DNA of 64,000 nucleotides from a virus: IMG/VR virus record IMGVR_UViG_3300009509_000008, positions 1 to 64,000 of that record; one strand, 5' to 3'. Shown piece by piece: positions 45,009 to 53,626 of this stretch (position 1 is its first letter; each line of letters starts with the position of its first letter). The notes under the pieces were generated by a model. It saw only the letters and a program-made list of their open reading frames with translations, ran no database searches and was not told where the DNA came from. The position numbers and the translations under genes were made by a program.

Positions 45009-48000
45009 ATGGCAAGACTCGATCCCCGAGAGGGCTTTGACGTTCTCAAGGACAGGGTAACCGAGGCCATTTCGAGCAACTTCCCGCAAGAGGGAAGGTT
45101 CCATACGATAGAGCTCGAAGGCGTGCAGATCAAGGATGATCTGGACATAAATGATATCGAGAGCCAGAAGAAGGCTAAGCTTCGTGGAACTACCTTCGGC
45201 GTTCCGGTGACGGCCACCATGGTCTTGAAGGACAAGGCCTCCGGAAAGGTGATCGAGAAGAAGACGCTGAAGGTTGCTACCCTTCCCAAGTACACCAGAA
45301 GACATTCGTTCATCGTCAAGGGCTCGGAATACCAAGTCGACAGCCAATGGCGGCTGAAGCCTGGGATCTACACCAGGGTGGCTCAGAACGGTGAGCTTCA
45401 ATCTCGATTCAACTTCCAAGGCAAGCAAGCTTTGGATATGACCTTTGATCCGAAGACCAAGGTGTTCAGGATGAAGCACGGAGGATCTAAGCCTCCGCTG
45501 TACCCAATCCTCAAGGCGGTCGGAGTAGATGACGACACGATGCAGGCCGCTTGGGGTAAGGATATCCTGAACGCAAACAAGACAACCCCGAAGGGAAAGT
45601 CGCTCAACGTAGAGAAGCAGGCTGTGAACTTCGCTAAGCGCCTCGATCCACGAGCCGACATCAACTCGTTTGACGATGCGTCTGACGTTATTCGCAGCTA
45701 CATGGAGGATGCCGAGCTCCGTGAAGACGTTACCAAGCTGACTCTCGGCAAGGGCTTCAAGAAGATCACGCCGGAGGTGCTTACACGATCCTCCAAGAGG
45801 CTGCTCGGCGTAGCTCGTGGCGACGAGAAACCGGATGTCCGTGACGCCTTGATGTTCAAGGACCTGCTCAGCGTCGAGGACTTTATAGCTGAGCGTATGG
45901 GCGAGGGTACTAAGACCATTCAGCGGAGAATCGGAAACAATCTAGACCGGCGCAACACCCTCCGTGAGATCGTCGGTCCCGATGTTTTTGACAAACCCAT
46001 AAGAGAGTTCTTCTCCAAGAGCTCGCTTGCCAACACCCCGCAGCAGACGAACCCGCTCGAGATGCTAAGTGGCCAGCAGAGAACGACCATAACAGGCGAG
46101 GGTGGGGTCAAGGATGCCCACAAGATCATGGAGGACGCCAAGCTGGTGGACCCATCACACTTTGGTATCCTCGACCCACTCCACACACCAGAGTCCGATA
46201 AGACTGGTGTGTCGCTCCACCTCAGCACCAGCGCTGTGAAGAAGGGCAAGACCGTAGCTCTACCGCTCGTCAACGTGAAGACTGGAAAGGTAGAGCTCCT
46301 CGATCCCAAGCAGATCAACGAGTCAGTCATTGCCATGCCGGACGAGGGTCGGTGGAAGGACAACAGGTGGGTTCCAGGAGGAAGGAAGGTCAAGGCTTCT
46401 GTTCCGGGAAACGAGATCAGAGAGGTCAATTCCAAGGACGTCAAGTACGTCATGGGCAACACCGGCCAGATGTTCTCGATTGCTACGAACATGGTTCCGT
46501 TTCTGAACTCCGACTCGCCGAACCGCTCCACGATGGCAGGTAGGCACATGGAGCAGGCGATACCGCTCAAGAATCCAGAGGCCCCGCTGGTCCAGTCGGA
46601 TCGAGGAGATGGAAGATCGTACGACGAGTTCGTCGGCCGCTACGCTTCGCATGAGGCCCCTGTTGCTGGGAAGGTGACTAAGGTCGAACCTGGCGCCATC
46701 CATATCAAGGGGGCAGATGGGAAGAGCCAGAAGGTTCAGATCTACGACAACTATCCGCTGAACGACAAGAAGGGCGTCCTACACAGCACCCCAAAGGTCA
46801 AGGTGGGGGACCAGGTAAAGTCTGGCCAGCTCATCGCTGACAGTAACTACACCAAGGACGGAGTCTACGCACCTGGCACCAACATGCGTGTTGGATACAC
46901 TCCGTGGAAAGGCTACAACTTCGAGGACGGTGTTGTGATCTCGGAGACCGCCGCTCAGAAACTAACCTCCGAGCACCTGTACAAAAAGAGCCTCTCTACC
47001 AAAGAGGCTCAGGCTGTAGGTCTGAAGAAGTTCATGGCCAACAAGTCCACGTCTCTCACCAAGGAGCAGATGGAAAAGCTCGGAGACGACGGGATCATCA
47101 AGCCAGGCATGAAGGTTCACAAGGGGGACACGCTGATAGCGGCACTGGCAGAGAGGGCACCAACAACTGAAGCGCAGATGTTGAAGAACCTCCATCGAAG
47201 CCTGGCCAACCCCTACGACAACAGATCGATCACCTGGGACGAGGATCACGAAGGTGAGGTGGTCTCGATCAGCAAGAAGGGGAAGAACATACAAGTCCAC
47301 GTTCGCACAGCCGAGTCCATGCAGGTTGGCGACAAGCTCGTAGGTCGTCACGGAAACAAGGGAATCGTCACACGCATTCTCCCAGATCATGAGATGCCGC
47401 AGACGGAGGACGGCAAGTCCCTCGAGGTGGTCATGAATCCAATCGGCATCGCTGGTCGGATGAATGTTGGCCAGGTCCTCGAGACCGCAGCTGGTAAGCT
47501 GGCTGAGAAGGAGGGCAAGCCCTATAAGGTTCAGAACTTTGGCGAAGGCGATAACCGAACCAAGGTGGAGAAGGATCTGAAGAAAGCAAAGATCGCCGAC
47601 AAAGAGACAATCATCGATCCGGTGAACAACAAGAAAATCCCCGGCGTTCTGGTGGGCAACCAGTACATTCTCAAGCTCCAGCACCAGGTCGACAAGAAGA
47701 TGATGGCTCGATCAAGGGACGGGTACGACAGAAACCTCGTGCCCAAGGGTGGAGGACATCACGGAGCTCAGGCGCTCGGTTCCCTTGGAATCTATGCCAT
47801 GCTGGCTCACGGAGCTAAGGCCAACGTCCGTGAGATGCAGACGATGAAGAGTGACAAAGCTCAGAACGACGAGGTCTGGGCTGCACTCCAAGCCGGGGAG
47901 CCGATCCCTCCCCCACAAACGACCTTCGCCTACAAGAAGTTCGAGTCCTACCTAAAGGGTATGGGGATCAACGTAGAGAAGACAGGCAACTCCCTGAACC

Positions 48001-51000
48001 TCATGCCTATGACCGACAAGCAGGTTGTCGAAATGTCGAACGGAGAGCTCAAGGATGCTGGTCGAGCGATCCGTGGGTACAAGATCGGCTCCCAGCGCAA
48101 GGGGAACATAGAGCCGGAGAAGAGTGGGCTCTTTGATCCTAGGGTCACCGGCGGCCTCGACGGGATGAAGTGGAGCCACATATCCCTGAAGGAACCGATA
48201 CCGAACCCGGTCTTCGAGCGTGCTGTCAAGAGCGTGGCGGGGGTGAGGGGCCCTCAGTTCAACAGGATTATCAGCGGCGAAGACGGTGTGAAGGACGGAA
48301 ATATCGTGCCCCGTGGTACCAAGGGTGCGACGTTCGGTCCTCAGGCTATTGGATTGCTGCTCGACCAGGTGGATGTCAAGGGCGATCTCACCAAGCTGGA
48401 GCAAAAGATCGGCACGATGAAGGAGGGCCAGCCGCTAAATGAGGCTCGCCGAAAGATCAAGTACCTTCGTGCGCTGGACAAGCTGAACATGTCACCACGA
48501 GATGCGTACATGATGAAGAACGTGCCGGTGATGCCACCGGCCATGAGGCCGCTGTCTACCATGCAGGACGGAAGTCTGCAGTTCGACGACCTCAACCAGC
48601 TGTACAAAGACGTAGCTCTCCTAGATCAGCAGCTGCGTGAGCAGCCGAGTTACTCTCCGGAGAGCATCAAGGCAGAGCCTCGTTCCGACCTATACGATAG
48701 GATGAAAGCGCTCACTGGTATGGGCGGCACACTCAAGGACAGGTACAAGGGAATCGCCAACATCATATCAGGGGATAGTCCAAAGTACGGGTTCGCTCAA
48801 GACAAGCTGATCAAGAGAAAGCAGGACCTCACGATGAGGTCTACCATCGTGCCTGAGCCGTCGCTAAGCCTCGACGACATTGCTATCCCACGCAAGGCAG
48901 CTACCGAGCTGTACAAGCCGTTCGTCGTTCGTGAGATGCGAGTAGCAACTGGTATGGGCCCGCTAACCGCCAAGCAGCTCCTTGAGAAAGATCCGGACCA
49001 CCCAATGGTAAGGACGGCGCTCGATCGTGTCGTCGACGAACGTCCTCTCCTCGTGAAGCGTGATCCAGCACTGCACAAGTACAACATCCAGGCGTTTCGT
49101 CCGAAGCTCGTTGAGGGTAAAGCGATCAAGATCCATCCGCTTGTTTGCTCTGGGTACAACGCCGACTTCGATGGCGACACAATGAGCGCCTACGTCCCAA
49201 TGACCAATGAGGCGGTAGACGAAGCTCGCAAGATGTTTCCATCAAGGATACTGTTCAACCCGGCGACAGCCCGAGTGATGTACAGCCCGTCGCACGAAGC
49301 TCAGGTGGGCCTGTACATGAAGAGCGAAGTCGGCAAGAACTCGAGGCTCAGCTTCAACAACAACGAGGAGCTGAAGAAGGCCGTGACGGCTGGAAAGTTG
49401 GCGTCCAATGACATCGCTACGGTGGGTAAGGTCAAAACTACTCTGGATCGTATTGAGCTCGATTCTGCACTGCCGGAGAAGCTCCAAGGAGGCAAGCTCC
49501 TCACAGATCTGAAGTACCGGTTCACGAAGAGCGAACAAAACGATCTCTTCGGAGAGATGGCTAGGGCTGATAAGAACGGGTACGCCCAGAACATCGATCG
49601 CATGAAGGACATGGGGAACATGCGTGCGACCCACGGCGGATTCAGCTTCGGCCTCGAGGACTTCAAGGTCCACAAGAATATACGTGATCCACTCCTACGA
49701 ACCGCAGACGCCAAGGCTGCCAAGCTGAATCTTGACAAGCCACAGGACATGGAGAAGTTCGTCGAGATTTACGAAGGCGCCATGAAGAAGATGCAGAGCA
49801 AGCTCAAGGATCAAGCCAAGGCTGGTGTGAATCCGATCGACAAGCTCGAGGTCTCGGCTGGCATCAAGGGCAAGGGCTACGCCCAGCTGACTGGGGCGCC
49901 TGTGCTGTTCGTGGACGCCAAGGGAGAAGTCGTTCCGAGCCCAGTGAAGAAGTCCTACTCAGAGGGTCTGAGCGCAGCAGACTACTGGGCATCCGCAAGT
50001 GGAGGTCGGAAGGGAGTGGTGCAGAAGGTCCAGTCCGTCTCCGAGCCTGGGTATCTCACCAAGCTCATGATGAACAGCACTATGGACACGCTGATATCCA
50101 AGGAGGACTGTGGTACCGACAAGGGCATCAGCTTAGGTCTCGATGAGCCGGACATCGTTGGGCGCTTCACAACCTCGGCAGTGAAGGCGGGGCGCACTAC
50201 TATCCCAGAGAACACAATGCTCACCCCAGAGGTTGTCAACAAGATGCGGAACGCCAAGGTGTCCAGGGTCTTGGTCCGCTCACCAATGAGATGCCACCAC
50301 GCCAAGGGTGTGTGCAAGAAGTGTATGGGGCTGAACGAGAACGGGCAGCTCCACGATCTTGGGACGAATGTCGGGGTGCTGTCAGCACAGGCTATCGGTG
50401 AGAGAGGAACCCAGTTGGCGATGAAGGCCTTCCACAGCGGTGGCGTATTCGAGGGACGTACAGCTCAAGAGAAGTCCATCGCTGGTGGTGGGCTCGACAG
50501 AGCCATGACGATCCTGCACATGCCGAAGCAGGTGAAGGGATCGGCCAAGCTTGCCACAACGAACGGAAAGATAACGGCCATCAAGAAGGACCCAGCAGGT
50601 GGGTACAACGTTGTGATCGGTGATCAGACACACTACGTTCCTGCAGATCGTAATATCCTGACTAAGGTGAGGAAGGGCGCTACGGTAAAGAAGGGTGACC
50701 CCATCACGTCTGGTCCGATCAATCCGCATGAACTGCTACCGCTCACCAACATGAACAAGGTGCAGGGCTACCTAGCATCAGAGCTACACAGCATTTATGC
50801 TCCGGAGGGCATCCGAAGAAGGAACTCGGAGGTCGTAGTTCGAGCCTTGTCAGATGTCACAAAGATCGAAAACCCTGGGGACAACGAGGATTTCATCGTT
50901 GGGGATTTCGCTCCCACATCAGTCATCAACGAGTGGAACAAGAAGAATCGAAAGCAGGGACGGCTACCAGTTCGGCACACACCAGTGCTCAAAGGAGTGA

Positions 51001-51188
51001 AACAGATTCCATTGGATGTGCAGACCGACTGGCTAGCTCGATTGAATCACGAGAACTTGCGGGGTACTATCGTAGATGCGGCCCAGCAAGGCTGGGCAAG
51101 TCAGCTTCATGGCGATCACCCGATCCCTCCGCTGATCTACGGAGCCGAATTCGGGAAGGGAACGAAGGAGAAGCCGTGGGCCTACTAG
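45009..51188 (+). CDS. rpoBC: Single-chain fused RNA polymerase beta-beta'
   Basis: Beta motifs TNPL, PSHFG..TPE, GYNFED, GDKLVGRHGNKG, RMNVGQ, LKL.H.VD.K; beta' motifs PV.PP..RP, R.P.LH, YNADFDGD, GRKG..GYLT, AQAIGERGTQL..FH.GG. One uninterrupted 2059-aa ORF. Confidence 0.95.
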   Translation: MARLDPREGFDVLKDRVTEAISSNFPQEGRFHTIELEGVQIKDDLDINDIESQKKAKLRGTTFGVPVTATMVLKDKASGKVIEKKTLKVATLPKYTRRHSFIVKGSEYQVDSQWRLKPGIYTRVAQNGELQSRFNFQGKQALDMTFDPKTKVFRMKHGGSKPPLYPILKAVGVDDDTMQAAWGKDILNANKTTPKGKSLNVEKQAVNFAKRLDPRADINSFDDASDVIRSYMEDAELREDVTKLTLGKGFKKITPEVLTRSSKRLLGVARGDEKPDVRDALMFKDLLSVEDFIAERMGEGTKTIQRRIGNNLDRRNTLREIVGPDVFDKPIREFFSKSSLANTPQQTNPLEMLSGQQRTTITGEGGVKDAHKIMEDAKLVDPSHFGILDPLHTPESDKTGVSLHLSTSAVKKGKTVALPLVNVKTGKVELLDPKQINESVIAMPDEGRWKDNRWVPGGRKVKASVPGNEIREVNSKDVKYVMGNTGQMFSIATNMVPFLNSDSPNRSTMAGRHMEQAIPLKNPEAPLVQSDRGDGRSYDEFVGRYASHEAPVAGKVTKVEPGAIHIKGADGKSQKVQIYDNYPLNDKKGVLHSTPKVKVGDQVKSGQLIADSNYTKDGVYAPGTNMRVGYTPWKGYNFEDGVVISETAAQKLTSEHLYKKSLSTKEAQAVGLKKFMANKSTSLTKEQMEKLGDDGIIKPGMKVHKGDTLIAALAERAPTTEAQMLKNLHRSLANPYDNRSITWDEDHEGEVVSISKKGKNIQVHVRTAESMQVGDKLVGRHGNKGIVTRILPDHEMPQTEDGKSLEVVMNPIGIAGRMNVGQVLETAAGKLAEKEGKPYKVQNFGEGDNRTKVEKDLKKAKIADKETIIDPVNNKKIPGVLVGNQYILKLQHQVDKKMMARSRDGYDRNLVPKGGGHHGAQALGSLGIYAMLAHGAKANVREMQTMKSDKAQNDEVWAALQAGEPIPPPQTTFAYKKFESYLKGMGINVEKTGNSLNLMPMTDKQVVEMSNGELKDAGRAIRGYKIGSQRKGNIEPEKSGLFDPRVTGGLDGMKWSHISLKEPIPNPVFERAVKSVAGVRGPQFNRIISGEDGVKDGNIVPRGTKGATFGPQAIGLLLDQVDVKGDLTKLEQKIGTMKEGQPLNEARRKIKYLRALDKLNMSPRDAYMMKNVPVMPPAMRPLSTMQDGSLQFDDLNQLYKDVALLDQQLREQPSYSPESIKAEPRSDLYDRMKALTGMGGTLKDRYKGIANIISGDSPKYGFAQDKLIKRKQDLTMRSTIVPEPSLSLDDIAIPRKAATELYKPFVVREMRVATGMGPLTAKQLLEKDPDHPMVRTALDRVVDERPLLVKRDPALHKYNIQAFRPKLVEGKAIKIHPLVCSGYNADFDGDTMSAYVPMTNEAVDEARKMFPSRILFNPATARVMYSPSHEAQVGLYMKSEVGKNSRLSFNNNEELKKAVTAGKLASNDIATVGKVKTTLDRIELDSALPEKLQGGKLLTDLKYRFTKSEQNDLFGEMARADKNGYAQNIDRMKDMGNMRATHGGFSFGLEDFKVHKNIRDPLLRTADAKAAKLNLDKPQDMEKFVEIYEGAMKKMQSKLKDQAKAGVNPIDKLEVSAGIKGKGYAQLTGAPVLFVDAKGEVVPSPVKKSYSEGLSAADYWASASGGRKGVVQKVQSVSEPGYLTKLMMNSTMDTLISKEDCGTDKGISLGLDEPDIVGRFTTSAVKAGRTTIPENTMLTPEVVNKMRNAKVSRVLVRSPMRCHHAKGVCKKCMGLNENGQLHDLGTNVGVLSAQAIGERGTQLAMKAFHSGGVFEGRTAQEKSIAGGGLDRAMTILHMPKQVKGSAKLATTNGKITAIKKDPAGGYNVVIGDQTHYVPADRNILTKVRKGATVKKGDPITSGPINPHELLPLTNMNKVQGYLASELHSIYAPEGIRRRNSEVVVRALSDVTKIENPGDNEDFIVGDFAPTSVINEWNKKNRKQGRLPVRHTPVLKGVKQIPLDVQTDWLARLNHENLRGTIVDAAQQGWASQLHGDHPIPPLIYGAEFGKGTKEKPWAY

Positions 51189-51192
51189 GAGA

Positions 51193-51627
51193 GTGATCAT
51201 GGACGACAGGGACTATCGGTTGGCGATGTACCAATCCTTCTTCGATGAGCTCGCCTCGATCGAGAAGAACGCTATGCTCCAGAAAGAGGCCGTCGGTGGC
51301 TGGGGAGCAGTAACGGGCGCTCTCGGTAAGGCCAGAAAGTTCATCGGCGAGGGCGTGGGTCAGTGGAGAAAGACTGGCCTTGGCGGTGGACTCCAGACTC
51401 TGAGAGAGACTGGCCAACGAGCCGCAGGGGCAGCGCCCGAGGGAGCCGGCATGTTCCAGAGGGCTGGGCATGCGTTGTTCGGCTCCAAGGGAGGGGCGCC
51501 CGGCATCCTGCAGACCCAGATGGGACAGACTGCTGCAGCGGGACTTGGTGCGGCTGGCCTAGGCGCCGGAGCACTCGGCGGCGGAGCTCTCGCCCTGCGT
51601 GGTATGAGAGGACAGCAGCAGCAATGA
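51193..51627 (+). CDS. FFDEL..EKxA-motif glycine-rich protein
   Basis: SFFDELASIEKNA, QKEA; C-terminal AAGLGAAGLGAGALGGG zipper. Confidence 0.6.
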   Translation: MIMDDRDYRLAMYQSFFDELASIEKNAMLQKEAVGGWGAVTGALGKARKFIGEGVGQWRKTGLGGGLQTLRETGQRAAGAAPEGAGMFQRAGHALFGSKGGAPGILQTQMGQTAAAGLGAAGLGAGALGGGALALRGMRGQQQQ

Positions 51628-52151
51628 ACGCCTACCAGAGGGCCATGTACGAGGGGTTCTTCGAGGAGCTTCTTGATATGCAGAAGGTAGCTATGGACCA
51701 CGGCCGCCTTCCGCCAACCATGATCCTCAAGCTGGCTGACTTTGCTCCTGGCGTCTCGGGGCCTGCTCTTGACTATGCCAGAGGTCTCGGAGCGAAGTCG
51801 GTGATGGATCTGGATGACAAGCAGCTGGTAGAGTTCAGCCGCAGAATGGGGCTCAACCAAGAAGCAATCGAGACGGCAATGCCCTCTGCCGCAAAGCTTC
51901 CTGGAGGGTCGCAGGCTCCGTCGTTGCCAAAGACTGTGGTAACGTCCGGTACCATGGTTGGTGGAGCTCCTGGCACCGCAGCGAAGGCTGGCTTCTTCAA
52001 GCGAATGGGCACTCGTATGAGAAGCATGAGCCCTAACCTTCGTCGGTTCGGAGGTGCGGCAGCCCTACTTGGCGGAGGCGGACTTGCGCTTGGAGGCGCA
52101 GCAGCGCTGGCAAAGAGCAGACGACAACCCCCACTTCCGCAGGCGGCCTGA
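51624..52151 (+). CDS. FFEEL..QKxA-motif glycine-rich protein
   Basis: Start at ATG 51624 (ATGA overlap); YQRAMYEGFFEELLDMQKVA matches the previous gene's YRLAMYQSFFDELASIEKNA. Confidence 0.6.
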   Translation: MNAYQRAMYEGFFEELLDMQKVAMDHGRLPPTMILKLADFAPGVSGPALDYARGLGAKSVMDLDDKQLVEFSRRMGLNQEAIETAMPSAAKLPGGSQAPSLPKTVVTSGTMVGGAPGTAAKAGFFKRMGTRMRSMSPNLRRFGGAAALLGGGGLALGGAAALAKSRRQPPLPQAA

Positions 52152-52154
52152 TCA

Positions 52155-53339
52155 ATGCCAAGACCTCAGGGCAGCTCGAACATCAGGACCGGCCTTGGCA
52201 CTGTTGTCATTGAAGAGGGCCGGATCATCAACGTGGATATGGCCCACTGGACTGCCGATGTGCTGACCAAGAACTCACAACGTCAGCTCATAGACATGCA
52301 GTGGGCCAACCCATACTTCCACTTTGCTGGTGGGGAGGGCATCTACGTTATGCCTGAGGTCGGGGCTAGGGTTCAGGTGTGCATGCCGAGCGATAGCGCA
52401 CCGTTCATAATGTGCTTCCTCACAGCGTTCGAGCGAGAATCCACAAATGCTCCCGACACGACTGGTGGTGCGCAGGCCAGCCTACAGCCAGACGATGCCG
52501 AGGGGGAGGGCGGGGTGCCCCGTGAGGTCACGTATAGGTCGGGCCGTCCGAAGATGGAGCAGGGCGATATCATGCTGCGCACCAGGGATGGAAGCAGCGT
52601 GTGGCTTCATCGTGGTGGTGTTGTAGAGATTGGATCAACGCTCGTCTCTCGTAGATTCTACATCCCGCTGCTCAACTACATCAGAGATATCTGTGAGAAC
52701 TACGAGCTCAAGAGCCTTGCTGGAGAGATGAGCTGGACTGTAGCTAGGTCTGATCAGAATGCCAGTGGCGACGCAGAGGCGGTATTCACGCTTGCCTCGA
52801 GGAACTTCGCTCAAGATGAATTCGCCTCGGTGTTCTTGCAGATTGGCCACGTAGATGATTCCAACCACCTCAAGCTCACGGTTGCCCCAAACAAGATCAA
52901 TCCTGTGAGCGGAGAGGTGGACGGAGACCCAGTCTTCAGCCTCGAGCTCGACAAGGATGGAAACCTGACCACAACCATCGCAAAGGACGTCGAGACTACC
53001 GTCAGCGGTGAGCTGACTGAAACGGTGGAGGGGAGCGTTACCCAGGAGTTCAACAGTGATCACAAACTCACTGTTGGAGGAAGTCAGGAGGTCGAGGTGT
53101 CGTCTACGCACAAGCTGAAGGCGACATCAAGTACCGAGGAATTATCCGCTGGGAAGACGTTTGATTGTCAGAGCGTCAAGGCCGGCGCCGGCGCCATCTT
53201 TCCTGTGGTGATCATGTCACCAGCCATGATGGCCTACGTGATGTTCCACACACATCCGTCGCCCGCTGGACCGACTGGTCCTCCGAACGGTCCACCTCCG
53301 CAAGATGCGATAACTTCTAGCAAATTGAAGGCGGAGTGA
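52155..53339 (+). CDS. Baseplate central spike (gpV/gp5/VgrG-like)
   Basis: OB-fold N-terminus (MPEVGARVQV), beta-strand repeats (TVSG..TVEG..TVGG), C-terminal HxH metal-tip motif FHTHP..GPT.PP. Confidence 0.75.
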   Translation: MPRPQGSSNIRTGLGTVVIEEGRIINVDMAHWTADVLTKNSQRQLIDMQWANPYFHFAGGEGIYVMPEVGARVQVCMPSDSAPFIMCFLTAFERESTNAPDTTGGAQASLQPDDAEGEGGVPREVTYRSGRPKMEQGDIMLRTRDGSSVWLHRGGVVEIGSTLVSRRFYIPLLNYIRDICENYELKSLAGEMSWTVARSDQNASGDAEAVFTLASRNFAQDEFASVFLQIGHVDDSNHLKLTVAPNKINPVSGEVDGDPVFSLELDKDGNLTTTIAKDVETTVSGELTETVEGSVTQEFNSDHKLTVGGSQEVEVSSTHKLKATSSTEELSAGKTFDCQSVKAGAGAIFPVVIMSPAMMAYVMFHTHPSPAGPTGPPNGPPPQDAITSSKLKAE

Positions 53340-53626
53340 TGGCACTAGACGCAGCAACACTGGCTACGATCATTACCGTAAAGTACAAGGCGAAGATGAG
53401 AGCAGCCTTCCCTGATGAGCTAAAGGGAGGTACTGTAACTCAGATCCCAAAAGAGGACGGTAGTGTAGAATATAACCTAGAGGAGCAGAGAGGCCCGATC
53501 GAGATCGACGAGGAGGGCTTCATGCCGTTGGCCGAGGCGATAGCTGAGGCAGTGGTAGAACACTTGAAGGCCAGTGGGACGATCGCAAACATCACCACTG
53601 GAACGAGTACAGGGAGGATCACATGA
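53336..53626 (+). CDS. Small baseplate/spike-associated protein
   Basis: 96 aa; MALD..LAEAIAEAVVEHLK..TG.GRIT; follows the spike gene. Confidence 0.5.
   Translation: MMALDAATLATIITVKYKAKMRAAFPDELKGGTVTQIPKEDGSVEYNLEEQRGPIEIDEEGFMPLAEAIAEAVVEHLKASGTIANITTGTSTGRIT

Noticed and set aside
45009-51188. Cellular rpoBC locus, or intein/intron in RNAP, PolA, DnaB or TerL
   Set aside because: No ribosomal-protein neighbours and flanked by portal and virion genes; ORFs are compact with no intein splice motifs or homing-endonuclease inserts seen.
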